A stretch of DNA of 64,000 nucleotides from Amphiscolops sp. MND2022 (taxonomy: Eukaryota). Positions 55,101 through 64,000 of the stretch are shown here, one piece after another; the stretch's first letter is position 1, and every line of letters begins with the position of its first letter. The translations under genes and the position numbers were made by a program. Below the pieces are notes generated by a model, which saw nothing but the letters and a program-made list of their open reading frames with translations, did not search any database and was not told where the DNA came from. The stretch covers positions 2,108,001-2,172,000 of the forward strand of contig OZ076409.1 in assembly GCA_964187785.1 (NCBI GenBank). Reading direction: 5' to 3'.

Positions 55101-58100
55101 ATCTTTTCATCAATTTGAAACCAACAACAATAGAAATTGAAATGGTTGAGATTGATTTTGGAGTTTTTGTGGTATGTCTTTGTATGTTTTTCAGCACATC
55201 CATCAAACAAACATCTTCCGGGGACGGCCGAGGAGTGATTCAAAAACCAAACCAATATAATAAGAGGAGGTGTATGGTCTGACATCAAGTCCGGTCCGGT
55301 ATCCGGTCTGACTTTTGACGGAACCTGGTAGGACAAATATCTATGCAAATGATCGCATATCTCAGATTAAAACCTAGAATTCGACACTCACGCATTTATT
55401 GCCACTTTTGAATATTAATTTCTTGGCAACAGTCAAAAGTTTCCGGCATTTAGAAGTTGAAGAAAAAACAGTTCTTCATAGAAAGAAAACAGAAGCGAAA
55501 AAAGTATCCCACTTTTTTGGAGCAAACGTTTACTCCATTTTTCTTCACACTCGCTTTTCATCACACCCATTGCCCAATTTTGAAAAGAGTCTTTCTTCGC
55601 TTACAGCTGAGGATAATGTCAGGTCGGGTCCGGCCGGTATCCGGTTCAATTTTGTCATGTTCGGTTGGCCGGCCGGACAGAAATTTTCCTGTCCGGTGCA
55701 CCTCTAATAATGAGTCATATAAAATTCAAACGGGAACAATACACAGTGGCCTGAAATTATCACTAAATGTATCATGACTAATTGTCTTCTGCTAGTGACT
55801 CAGTTGTTTGCTGACCATGTCGCTGTCGAATTCGCGGTCAAGGAAGTCAAAGTGGGTGAAGATGTCGAGGGACGTGGTGTCTTCTCTTCCCGAGGGGGTG
55901 CCTAGATCCAGGCCCCCTGGTGTCAAGTTCACGTCCTCGATGGACCCGTGACACGTGGTAGGCACTCCCGACACGTTGTCCCCCGTGCCCCCCATAGAAC
56001 TGCCGCCGTTGTGCCCGGTCAGTTGACCTGCAAACCCAAGGTGACCTCTTCAAAAAGTGTCCAAGAGAATAAAATTTAATTATAAATTTTTGTGTTAGAA
56101 CAAGAAGGATAGCCGTTCGTATAATCGAACGAGATTTTAAGGAGAACGAATGTAAAGCCGATCTCAAATGTGATTGGTCGACGGAATAAACAAACTACAG
56201 TATAATCCGTTTAAGGCGAACACGCTTATAGCGTACTTCTGGTTATAAAGTAGACGAGTTAAAGTCCCAACTCTTCTATTCCTAAAATTACCACGCTTAG
56301 TGCGAACGCTCATTGGGTCTTTCTTTACTGTACTTCTATGTGCCAATATGACTTTCATTTACTCTGGTCGGTTCTAAAGTTCGACCAATCAAAAATGAGA
56401 ATTCTATTCGGTTCTGCTATAAACTTATTATGCAATATTGTCGTTCGGCTATACAACCTACCACTGAAAAGAAGAAGAAAGTTCAATAATTAATTTTCGT
56501 CTTAGAAGAAAAAAGTTTAATTATTAATTTTTGTCTTGAAAACAAGAAAAAGTAAAAAGGCGTAAAAACTGTAACAAAAGGGGAAGAAAGAACAGAAATT
56601 TAGATATATTGAATTATTCAAGTGAAATAATGCGTTGTTTCAAAAAATTTATGCAAAAATATTAAATTTTGTAGCCCTTTTGTTGATTTACAGTCCATCA
56701 TCTGGTCTAGTTGGTAAGATTTGGGTTAATGTAAACATCAAAGTCTTCTATAGCATGTCGTTCAGTTAGGAAGTGATTGCAGACTAAAAGGAGATGATAT
56801 TCATCGCTTTTCGTTCGCGCATTACAGACGGACATTTTCTAGCACGTATCCTCCAAACTTACCTCTATAAACACAGTAGTGATTCTAGAAAAAGCAACAT
56901 ACGGCAAATCTCAGAATCGAATAGGCCAAAAACAGGCGGTGGTTTTCAAAAAATGGTCTTAAAAGTTTCTTGGATTATTTTTATCAAATGTTTGTTTGCA
57001 AAAAATATGCGATGAAAATTGTAAATGTTACGATAGGCTATATTTAGCCAAATTTAGGTCAAAATTGAGGTTTTTCTCACATTTGATCTACTTTTGCTCA
57101 AAGTTTTTGGGAAATTTCAAACTCAATCGACACGCCTGAACTTATAGAAGACCCTAGTGTGTTCGATTTACAAATAATTGTAAAATTGTAGTAAAAAAGC
57201 TGTATTGTTTTTTGCGAAATTACATGTATTAGGATACTACAACCTAAAACAAGCTCAATGATACGATTCACAATATTTCTGAGAAAAAATTATAACAGAT
57301 TCAAAATGTTATATTCAAAATAGGGAAATTTTTCGCAAAACGACAATTCGTCCCCATTTCCAAAAAGCGACAATTCGTCCTATTTTGAAAAAGCGACAAT
57401 TCGTCCCAAGTATTAAAAGCTGCAATTCGTCCCCAATTTAATTGCTAATCAATACTTTTGTAATAATGTATCCGGAAATATTACAATTAGAGGCAGGTAC
57501 CAAAATGACATGTAACCTAATGCTTAAATGTAATCGTTTGTAGTTTATTCGTTCAATTCTTTGATCTCAATCTTCAAAAGGTTGTTAATAAGCTGATCAA
57601 TTAAACAATTTGGGACGAATTGTCGCTTTTTACAAATGGGGCAAATTGTCGCCTTTCCAAACTGAGACGATCTGCCGCTTAGGACGAATTGTCGCTTTTT
57701 GAAATTTGGGACGAATTGTCGCCCAACCGAATTTTTTAGGTCAGAATTTGGAAATCAAAAAAGTGGGTCAAAAATTCGAAAAACATAAATATGATGTTTT
57801 GAAATGAGCGCGTGATATCTCAATTAGCCAATGAGATTTTTTTTCGGTCTCTTTTCGCGTACCATGTTGCTTTTTCTAAACTCGCTACTTTACGTAGCGT
57901 GCAACTTGGAGAGCAAAATTTCATCAGCGAGATTGTTCTTACCGCACGTCGATATGTTGAAAACATACATACCTATGTGACAGGTATGTGAAAGTTGCAT
58001 AATACTGCAACTAATTTTTGCTGCCTTTCGCTTTAGAATAACAGAGTTTAAGAGATTTTTTGAACTTTTTCCCCGGTCAAATGTTTCAAAAATCATTCAC

Positions 58101-60833
58101 CTAGCATGACATACAATTTTTGCATGCACTAAAAGGTGTCTTCTCTGTCCATGTGCTCAATTTTGATACGAGTTACACAATGGGTCGTTTTGTTACGTCC
58201 TCTTTGCAGAGGGATTGAAAAGCTCGCAAATCGTGTTTCTTTCTGGACACCTTAATACAAATAACTTTAAGGACAGTAATTAGTAAAAAGTAATTTCCAC
58301 ATCAAAAACGTGGAAGATTTTTTGACAGCGGATAGATTGCAGGATTTAGCAATGTTAACAAGCATGTGCATTTTTCGTACAAATGAGAGGGTGTGATATC
58401 CTAGATAAGTAGAGATCCCTAAGAAGTCAGGACCTGCGTTCTTCTTTATAAAATAGGCCCCTGTGGGGCACACTATTATTTCTGCTTTAGGCTTTCATGT
58501 TCAATCATAAAAGCATATCTGGAATAACTATACACTCCTGTTTAATCATTATATAGCGCACGATTATTCAGTGTAACACCGCTTCAACTCTTCTCGGACT
58601 ATATAGCTACGGAGCCTAGACAAAGTTTCGCATTGGAATGCTGGCGGAGCTCTCGGCGTACGAATAATTAAAACTCGTTCGCTTCATCTCAATAACTCGG
58701 CGTGCGAAAGCATAAATACCACTCATTCGTTTCATCTTAATGAATGCTGCTCTGCGTACGAATGAATATATAACACTCGCTGTTTCACCGCACGAGAATT
58801 GAATAGACTAACTGTTGTCGGCAGCTTGAGAAGTTTAAATCTCACGCTTATACTCAATGCCCAACAGAGTATCTGAATCTTTTTCACTAGGTACTCGGTT
58901 AACGAACAAACTTGGTTGGAAAAAACACCTTTTCTTCCAGTTTCTACATTATTGCTGCTATCGCAGAAATTATAAAAAGGATTATAACGGAGTATATTTT
59001 TGTATACCGATCCCCAGTTTACATATTTCCTCTGTATAAATGTAACGAAGTATGTATTTTTATATAGGGCCAATTCCTAATTTACATGTCTGAAATTCCA
59101 ATGACACTGGCAGTGTGGGGAGTAGACAGAGAGTGAGAGTAATGCTCATAGTACTACCTTCGTAGCCAGTGGGCAATGCACTGGAAGCTTGTTGGGCTGC
59201 TGCGGCTGCTGCCACACTCTGGAAGTCCACGTCAAGGGTGGAATTGAACACTACCGAGGGAGACCTCGCAACGGACAGCGCAGCGGGTCCAAACGACCTA
59301 AAAAACTCACCCATCATCACACCATCCTATCCTTACCGTTCAATGAGAAAAATAAAACAAAAATGCGTTCAAAATGCCTGCACTTTGTAAAAGTTACAAT
59401 TGGTTGAAAATTCCGACATTTCACTAAGCATCTGATCATTTCGGTACAACCAAAAATTTGGCGATTCCCGATGCTAAACTGCTTGCGTTTTGAACAATGT
59501 AATACTGGGAGTATTTTGTTGAAACTGTCAAATTTTCAAACACTACAAAAATTTCATTACAAAAATTAATACAAAAAATTATTACAATTTTATCAAAGTG
59601 TAATTTTATTCTCTTGAAAATATTTGGAACGTATATTAAATTTTGGTTTCTGTCACCATGCCTATAAGAGTTGCGAAATCAAGTGTGAACAATCGATCAA
59701 CGGCTTTGAACGTCTGCCATAGTTTAGTCTCGTTTCAGATCCTGCACCATGACGAGTACAGCCGAAGACAACGAAGGTTGTTAAAACAGACATTGCCAAT
59801 GCCAGAAATCCAAGGAGAATCTCTCACAATCACAGTTGCTCATCAAAATGAAGAGGGGTACCCTTTGACCAAGTGAAAATTGTATTGAAACAAAAGTCGC
59901 TTAGTGTCGAAAAAAATCGTAGATCTTTTCACTAATCATTGAGGAAACTCATCAGCTCCATAGGGTAAAAAAAACTTCGAAAAAAGTCTCTGTCAAAAAA
60001 AAACGAAAGAGAGGGGACCCTTTGGTGACAAAAAATTCGGGAAAATAGTCTCGGGAAAAAACCTTCTTAAATGTCTAGAAACGAAAAAAAACTTCAACAA
60101 CTATGATACCCAGAGGTACCTTTGGAAGCACCCGAGTATGCTTTTTAGGAAGATAGGAAGGCCTAGAGAAATTCTGTAAAAAGTGTGAGGTCTATAGTCT
60201 GGAGAAAAACAGAAAAAAAACAAGACGGGAACGTCCAAAGTCGGCGCTATATCTAAGACTCAAAAGCGCAGTTTTTAAAATATCCGTAGGACGTTTTCAT
60301 GAAAAGCTCAAACAACTGTTTCGAGATACCCAAAGGGTGCCTTTTATGCTCGATAGAACTCGGAAACCACTTTTTCCCCAACTGGAAAAAGATTTTCTTT
60401 CGGAAAAGTCCCATAGTACCGAAAACACTAAGCAGTCCTCTATGCTCGCAGAACTTTTCGTTTCTATAAGAGTCGTGACCGCTGGGTTCCCCCTAAACTG
60501 ATTAAAGTCTGTACTAAAAGTGGTACATACAGGGTGAGGTTTATGGTCTGACGAAAAAAAATCTAGCCACTGTAATAGTCGCACCTTATGACTCCGTTGA
60601 GTTTCTCTCTGACCCGTTTCTGGGAGAGGGAGGGTCTGCGCCAGTTGAACACCTGACTGCTCTCCCCACTGGAGGAGGCAGAGGCGGCACCCCCACCCCC
60701 ACCCCCGCCCCCGAAGGAGAGCTGTCTCCCAAAGAACAGTGAGGGACTGTTGCTCGTCATCGAGGGTGTCGGGTTCTCGCTCTTGCTCGTGCTGCTGGAC
60801 CCTTGCGAGTGGCTGGCGGCTGTCGACATGCAC
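22090..60833 (-). CDS. fry: Protein furry homologue (FRY/FRYL/Tao3/Mor2 family), C-terminal ~890 aa in 13 exons; the 5' part lies beyond these exons
   Basis: Furry-like motifs WRRPSLSQKRVREKL, RSPSVVF, FDFLDREF and EGESKFQFGLRRPS; all 13 exons join in frame with GT-AG introns (one GC-AG). Confidence 0.85.
22361..22802 (+). repeat. Outer left terminal inverted repeat
   Basis: Inverted match to ~36596-37080; mismatches and indels increase inwards. Confidence 0.9.
23578..23850 (-). CDS. Small hypothetical protein in the left arm of the element
   Basis: ATG-initiated 90-aa ORF (MVKCNVC...) with protein-like composition; no recognised domain. Confidence 0.3.
   Translation of the reverse strand: MVKCNVCLWKVVLSEQTEFSLRLPTIKDKWIFVIPRFNSPSIVSPLQYYVDGDAVDRYQNAIRDLCFDLTTKMQSEYGLIKYTMQLFNKN
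24555..27950. repeat. Tandem array of a 493-bp unit, ~7 copies
   Basis: ORF-track landmarks recur at 24777, 25270, 25763, 26256, 26749 and 27242; edge copies more diverged. Confidence 0.97.
27950..28195. repeat. GA-rich microsatellite with a pure (GA)n core
   Basis: (GA)n at ~28093-28133 with purine-rich flanks. Confidence 0.9.
28398..28670 (-). pseudogene. C-terminal stub of a second, divergent protein-primed PolB
   Basis: Reads RYIAEGNETLAFGHYKIP..., matching KRYIMPNGVDTLPFGHYSL of the intact pPolB; in frame with ORF 28398-28583. Confidence 0.7.
28701..30438 (-). repeat. 1.74-kb inverted duplicate of the element's right end (35342-37080), including the AGTAGT terminus
   Basis: Near-identical reverse complement; one amino-acid difference (N/D) over 351 aa. 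Confidence 0.95.
29375..30430 (-). pseudogene. 5'-truncated duplicate of pPolB (C-terminal 351 aa)
   Basis: Identical to the C-terminus of ORF 32170-36405 except one residue; starts right after motif B. Confidence 0.9.
30439..30815 (+). pseudogene. 3' part of an unidentified element ORF, cut at the inversion junction
   Basis: Open frame ending in an acidic stretch and PPPVKKAK (NLS-like); upstream part of the track ORF is antisense pPolB. Confidence 0.5.
30937..31880. repeat. Tandem array of a 497-bp unit, ~2 copies; inverted homologue of the 493-bp array
   Basis: GAGAGTTGAG at 30941 and 31438; shares CAAAAGTCGCGTAGTTTACGAG and other blocks with the reverse complement of the 493-bp unit. 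Confidence 0.9.
31920..32165 (+). promoter_or_regulatory. ~123-bp duplication with four GGRATACCRTAA motifs upstream of pPolB
   Basis: Motif at ~31964, 32017, 32089 and 32138; function inferred only from position. Confidence 0.45.
32236..36405 (+). CDS. polB: Protein-primed family-B DNA polymerase (Polinton type) with N-terminal C2H2 zinc fingers and an inserted Endonuclease VII-like domain
   Basis: Intact intronless ORF; Exo I YLDTE, Exo II HNMAGYD, Exo III YLHTD; Pol A DANNLYG, Pol B KLMSNSAFGK, Pol C YSDTDS; RKGVYPY; CWIC...DHCHYSG...AHSECN; first ATG at 32236. Confidence 0.96.
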   Translation: MGVECDLCLKTYSSLRNLRRHKQNIHNTQPKVQPFACSDCDFQNTSLVTMKQHFLQKHGHIIVNHCLYCNIVYGEAMKYSNHLEHDHGLPTIFTPRENDNIERMTGYQQVEKAFWGSLETYQLKRRITSIDLFELLCKEKNQIQNLIREKCRNGPKKFQLTTELKLVKPKVDDDSQETITIYTNTKLQPVYFYGITDNDYYQLIEQLTSALFTFASQGSGWILSEIKNLFVKFTSYSPIRGSSYIALPNKLQGCRSLLNIRNIEDENCFIYCYTAAYHLHTDIPLVETSSWRCKTNPGTYNPTYNPLAKKHAGNFRMPMPFHELERFEKLNKVQVNVFILEKKDLLPLRVSKFPSDFIMDLLLLSEGGSHHYVLITDLKHFVNFLKNKQSRSRDEICRNCFHICNSIGSFERHKLNCYENEAAAIILPDEHKNIHQFKNTRAVWFVPLVIYLDTEALLVPLSTCAPSPSISSQVKLEKHVPCGYAFVIVEHGNDKVLSYRIMRGPDCLDDLIKELEKLATDIYHRKQSHRIYKGKPSTHKDTVNDCWICKKPFTNDEQKVLDHCHYSGTFLGWAHSECNLQRKSINFTPVIAHNMAGYDIHHICSAINNCNPKNKFSVIPTTDEKYISFTFSVWVNSYTDKNGMTKNVYEDMRFLDSFKFMPQSLDKLAGFLPQDKFIYLESQFNTYKTPSQIDLLKRKGVYPYSYMDSFDKFAEEKLPPKEFWKNTLAGGEVTISDQDLQHASLVYQEFDCKTLGHYHDLYLHTDVLILASVFEEFRKVCYATYGLDCAHFYTASNLSGEAFLKVCNADIELLTNREHLEVAENLIRGGISSVFAKRKFEANNKYLPTYNSSQKQTFGLFIDANNLYGGIMEKFPLPLKNFVLKREGEVDLQEILNTPNDSPVGYVLEVDLHYPDHLHDLHTDFPLAPTKETINFFWLGEYQTRLLEMSGTKTFSTKNKKLIQTLYDKTNYTIHYMTLKLYCELGLQVTKVHRVLQFEQSKWLQPYIQLNTMKRKASTNKFEENFFKLMSNSAFGKTMESKRKRLSIEIVRTQDELQKQTSKMWMKTFKIFNNQLAAITFAQRKIYWDKPTIVGATILDLSKRHMYWFHYMYMKPNFRTLVLYSDTDSLIYEIESEDIYADLKENEQVHPEFDFSNYKEDNQLYSKHQKLETLKFKDEVGGKIIHSIVALKSKLYSIAMGDQQKISAKGTTKHAQKNLQHSVFYRILEKETLLRTLNYTINSERHNLFTLQTTKISLSCFDDKRYIMPNGVDTLPFGHYSLRDDVIFREIGADCDWGDEEEEDFIQSPIQSNSNQPALFSPPDPGLDQDAIEESELPDVIDLTELSDFEEDLPNTQPNVFLDCEAVEVPTRGPPPQKKVKFYIDNELQ
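36596..37080 (-). repeat. Right terminal inverted repeat
   Basis: Ends ...CTTTACTACT followed by TSD AACGTG. Confidence 0.9.
37400..39131 (+). mobile_element. 5'-truncated, decayed non-LTR retrotransposon (CR1/L2-like RT)
   Basis: FLDLKKAFDTLDHEILLSKL, GVPQGSVLGP, YINDL, FADNT, KYLGV; ends in a short (ATT)n tail. Confidence 0.85.
39475..39644 (-). CDS. fry: furry exon
   Basis: TTTCAAG acceptor, GTCAGT donor, phase 1 to 0. Confidence 0.75.
39655..40164 (-). mobile_element. HINE-like family A copy
   Basis: AACAAGTCGGCG ... CGCCGACTAAAAA. Confidence 0.65.
41130..41293 (-). CDS. fry: furry exon
   Basis: TTTGCAG acceptor, GTAAGT donor, phase 2 to 1. Confidence 0.75.
41333..41830 (+). repeat. 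Interspersed ~450-bp repeat family B (other copies 44405-44810 minus, 49440-49930, 53455-53900, 58450-58975)
   Basis: Shared core GCGTAGACGAAGTTTCGCATTCGCATTTGAATGCAGGCGAAGC; class not determined. Confidence 0.8.
41995..42449 (-). mobile_element. HINE-like family A copy
   Basis: AACAAGCTGGGACCGGCCCAAGTCGGCGCC ... GCGCCGACTAAAAA. Confidence 0.7.
42576..43037 (-). mobile_element. HINE-like family F copy (second copy 45122-45650) with internal ~160-bp repeats
   Basis: AACAAGAGCCGCA...GGAGTCGGA at one end, TCYGACTCCTAAAAA at the other. Confidence 0.55.
43091..43350 (-). CDS. fry: furry exon (GC donor)
   Basis: TTTTAG acceptor; AG/GCAAGA donor gives the phase 2 needed by the next exon. Confidence 0.7.
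43882..44036. mobile_element. Short foldback MITE
   Basis: ATTCAAATCGTAGAATATTCAAAACGTCGAA / TTCGACGCTTTGAACATTCTACGATTTGAAT inverted pair. Confidence 0.6.
46355..46851 (-). mobile_element. HINE-like family A copy
   Basis: AACAAGACGGGAACGTCTAAAGTCGGCGC ... GCGCCGACTAAAAA. Confidence 0.7.
46889..47116 (-). CDS. fry: furry exon
   Basis: TTGCAG acceptor, GTTAGT donor, phase 0 to 0. Confidence 0.72.
48942..49088 (-). CDS. fry: furry exon
   Basis: CACAG acceptor, GTGAGT donor, phase 0 to 0. Confidence 0.75.
49962..50450 (-). mobile_element. HINE-like family A copy
   Basis: AACAAGCCGGGAACGGCCCAAGTCGGCGCC ... GCGCCGACTAAAAAA. Confidence 0.7.
50921..51106 (-). CDS. fry: furry exon
   Basis: TTTCAG acceptor, GTAAGC donor, phase 0 to 0. 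Confidence 0.75.
51258..51516 (-). CDS. fry: furry exon
   Basis: TTTAG acceptor, GTCAGT donor, phase 2 to 0. Confidence 0.75.
52577..52969. mobile_element. MITE with CAC...GTG ends
   Basis: ~40-bp imperfect TIR CACAGTGTCGAAAA...TTTGGTCCCACAA. Confidence 0.65.
53031..53329 (-). CDS. fry: furry exon with a long poly-Glu/Asp tract
   Basis: CAAG acceptor, GTAATA donor, phase 0 to 2. Confidence 0.72.
54031..54859. mobile_element. Two oppositely oriented HINE-like family A copies (54031-54526 and 54586-54859)
   Basis: Family A termini on both copies. Confidence 0.65.
54869..55087 (-). CDS. fry: furry exon
   Basis: TTCCAG acceptor, GTAAAG donor; EEGESKFQFGLRRPS. Confidence 0.8.
55816..56027 (-). 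CDS. fry: furry exon
   Basis: TTTGCAG acceptor, GTCAGC donor; DIFTHFDFLDREFD. Confidence 0.82.
56874..57889. mobile_element. MITE related to 16956-17603, carrying a nested foldback element (~57321-57728)
   Basis: Outer TIR CAGTAGTGATTCTAGAAAAAGCAACAT / ATGTTGCTTTTTCTAAACTCGCTACT; inner repeated GACAATTCGTCC versus GGACGAATTGTC. Confidence 0.65.
59158..59297 (-). CDS. fry: furry exon
   Basis: TTTTTTAG acceptor, GTAGTA donor; SVARSPSVVFNS. Confidence 0.8.
60585..60833 (-). CDS. fry: furry exon (most 5' exon identified in the window)
   Basis: TTTGTAG acceptor, GTGCGA donor; WRRPSLSQKRVREKL. Confidence 0.82.
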
Positions 60834-61969
60834 CTACAAACATTGCAACATGCATGCATATACATACTACAGTGGGGGGTCTCCCCTGTGGGGGGGGGGG
60901 GGGTTGCTTTTATACCGACACTGAGTGGCAGGTGATTTTAATGTCACTATAAAAAAGTATCGCTCGTTAAAAAGCACTCCCGTTATAAACACCCCTTACT
61001 GTAATAACTTTTCAAGTTCCGTGGAGTCACTGAAAAATGACAAATTGGCAACTGTTAAAAGTGAAATTAAAATGACACTTATTCTGAATTTGCAAACCGC
61101 ACAACTTCGGAGTACAAAATGTTTGGGAAACGAGTAAAATGACCACAATTTATTACCAAATTTTCGATCACTGTTCAATGTTTTTGTTGCTTGATTGCCT
61201 TTATTGTAATACTAAGATAACCACTCTTTTTGTAAAGCTCTTTTACACTGTGTTCAGATTATTAAACTTTGTTCATTCGTTTCGAAGTTGTCGTCACATT
61301 TTAGACCAAAATGCTTTTAACCCTAAATAGCCTAGCGGTACTTTAAAGCATCATAACTTTTCAAAATCTCTGATCTGTTTTGCCAGTAGCTCATATTCTT
61401 TACCACCGTTTTTATTAGGCAGTTTTTTAGTACTGTGTTTGATTTGAACGACATAAGCTTTAGAAGCAAATTTGTCTCCAATATTCTTGAAAAGGTTTTT
61501 CTTGCCAGTAAACCATATTATCTGGCACAGTTTTTGTCAACAATCCATTGGTACCTAGTCTATTTGAATGGTACAAGTGAATATCACTCCGAAACTGAGA
61601 AAAAATGGTCTTGCAAAAGTGGTAATACTTTTCCGATTCCAGTTTCATCAAAAGTCAATGACCCATAGAGAAAAACAACCCAATACACTTCCACAACAAG
61701 ACCTTGTTTAACAAAACCAAATGAAACGAAGTGCGGAATGGCCTAACCTATATACAGTCTGTTACAGCAAAAGTGACAACAATTTGTAAACTTCGATTAC
61801 GTTTCCCCAACACAAGAGAAACCAATATTAACAATTTCCAAGAAATCGACAACACGTCTAAGTCAACAGAAATTAGGCCAGATCTCCCAACTTGCCGAAT
61901 TTTTTGGGGATGTTTTCCATCAGTTTTCTGAAAACATACGAATCCAACGATCTCGCACACGCTTTTATT

Positions 61970-62660
61970 CTTTTTGCCAAAGTTTTTGTGTCATATGCCA
62001 TAAAGTTGTCTTAGTTCACCTTTCGTTCCCGAGTCTTCGTTTGGGTCGGATCTGAGGACAGGGGGGGTTCGGTTCTGTGGACATAAGACAATCTTTACTC
62101 TCCAACCAATTTAACATTCGGCGCTATGATATACCACCTGAGCGTGGTGACATGGTGCTAAATCAGGCCAAAAGTTACAATTGTATCAGCCTTTGCAAAT
62201 AGTATCCATTAATGGTTTTAAAAAAGTCCTAAAACTTCTTTTATAGCGTGTTTTGTTTATCTAATCGCAACTTTCATTAATAAAATTTCACTAATGCCTG
62301 CTTACGAAATTGCAACCCAGGCCAAAGCATTGGGTTCAAAGTTTTGTTTTCCATAAAACTTTGTTTCGTTTGCAGTTTGGTCCTCGTGGAAGGTGTAGAA
62401 TCCTTAATTGGTTGGGAAAGTTGGAACAAGACAAGGTAAAATAAGACTCATCGTCGACCACCAACATTTCAACATTTTTTTCAAGAACCTTGATTGTGCT
62501 AGTTTCAATGCTCGTTTCTCTCGCTGTTCCCGTGAGGTCTTTGCAACGCGGCTTCTTTTCCGACATCTAATATTCAGTTTTTTGATTGAGCGATTTCTGG
62601 TGGAAATTTTGTGTGTTTCTGCCAATTTTCTCTGAGATTTTACAACTCTGAGAATACTAA
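61970..62660 (-). pseudogene. Decayed IS630-Tc1-mariner transposase
   Basis: VVDDESYFTLS, FWPDLAPC and NPPCPQIRP motifs across broken frames. Confidence 0.65.
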
Positions 62661-62695
62661 ATTTCATGAAGTGAAACGCGACTATTAAAGTGACT

Positions 62696-64000
62696 TTTTA
62701 GTCGGCGCTTCATGAAGTGAAACGCGACTATTATAGTGACTCTTTTTTTTCCTATCCACACGAACTGACCAAAATAGTTCTTAAAAGTTCTACAAAATAT
62801 TATGGTGTCAAATAGCACCATTTGGCCTAGCGAACTGGACCAAAATGGTTTTACCTGTTTTTCCGCGTAACATATCATACCGGGCGAGACCAAAGAGTCT
62901 CCCCTTTCAATTTTTTCGGCACTGCGAGACATTTTTTTCGGAAATTTTTCCCCCTGCAATTTTTTGATGTTTTGCGACAGAATGGATGTTGGAAAATCCC
63001 GAAGGGTCCCCCCCTTTCAGTTTTTTTCGGCATTGTGAGATTTTTCCCGAAAATATTTTTTTTTCAATTTTTTCATGTTTTGCGACAGAATGGATGTTCC
63101 AAAAACCTCAAAGGGTTTTTCGGTCCATTTTTTTGAGTATGTAATATTTTCGAAAAAAAATTTTTTCGAAAAATTTTCGATTTTCGAGTACTGTAAAAGA
63201 GAATACTTGACACTTGACACAAAATTAATAGAAATTTGTAAAATCTGGCATTTCGTCGGTCTTAAAAAATATCCACTACTATAGTCTGCTCTTTTCAAGA
63301 AAGCGCCAACTAAAAAAACTTACCACTGTAGGAGTCGTGGTCGTTTTTTCCAAGAAGCGCGGACTAAAAATTATAATTTGTTTAGAAGTTATCCAAAGGA
63401 TGGAAACAACCCCGGAGTGAATCAGTGGCTTTCCATGAACTATCCACCTCGACCTTATTGATGACCGGTTCGGTATTCATGATATTTTACGCTGCGGTCA
63501 CTTGTGGGACCAATCCATTCGTACTAGTTTCCGAGTTTCCGCAACTTTGGTTTCCAATCTTGAGTTGACAATATAATTACCACGATTGATGAAAACTGCC
63601 CATATAAGGGTATCATTGAATTCTGAGTGATCGACGCGTCGAACGACCATCGATTGATAGCTCGTCCGACTACAGCAATGTTTTTTAGTCGGCGCTTCAT
63701 GAAGTGAAAGGCGACCATTATAGTGACTCTTTTTTTTCTATCCACACGAACTGACCAAAATAGTTCTTAAAGTTCTATAAAACATTATTGCACCATTTGG
63801 CCTAGCGAACTGAACCACAAAGGTTTTTCCGCGTAATTACCATACCGGGCAAGACCAAAGGGTCCCCCCTTTCAGTTTTTTCGGCACTGTGAGACTTTTT
63901 TCCGGAAAATTTTTCCCCCAAAGGGCCCGGCCCCCTTTCAACTTTTTTGCTGTTTTGCGACAGAATCTATGTTGAAAAATCACAAGGGGTCCCCCCTTTC
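62696..64000 (+). mobile_element. Cluster of HINE-like family A copies (62696-~63230 and 63681 to window end)
   Basis: TTTTTAGTCGGCGCTTCATGAAGTGAAA starts at 62696 and 63682. Confidence 0.65.

Noticed and set aside
1..64000. tRNA, rRNA or prokaryotic operon features
   Set aside because: None recognised; the exon-intron structure and eukaryotic transposons indicate an animal nuclear genome.

Overview
AT-rich, repeat-dense eukaryotic (invertebrate animal) genomic DNA, not prokaryotic. The host gene is the 3' part (13 phase-compatible exons, ~890 codons, minus strand, 60833 to 22090) of a furry/FRY (Tao3/Mor2) homologue. Its 17.2-kb last intron holds a 14.7-kb Maverick/Polinton-type element (22361-37080; AGTAGT...ACTACT termini, perfect 6-bp TSD AACGTG). 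The element keeps an intact ~1390-aa protein-primed family-B DNA polymerase but has no recognisable integrase, ATPase, protease or capsid gene. Inside it is an 8.4-kb panhandle unit (28701-37080) with 1.74-kb near-identical inverted arms, the C-terminal stub of a second divergent pPolB, and two homologous ~495-bp tandem arrays in opposite orientation. Also present: a near full-length decayed Ty3/Gypsy (Mag-like) LTR element (8026-13940), a CR1/L2-type LINE remnant, Tc1-like and MULE-like remnants, several MITEs, three families of Helentron/HINE-like non-autonomous repeats, and probable exons of a Gly-rich protein at the left end. All calls were made by eye; no searches were run.
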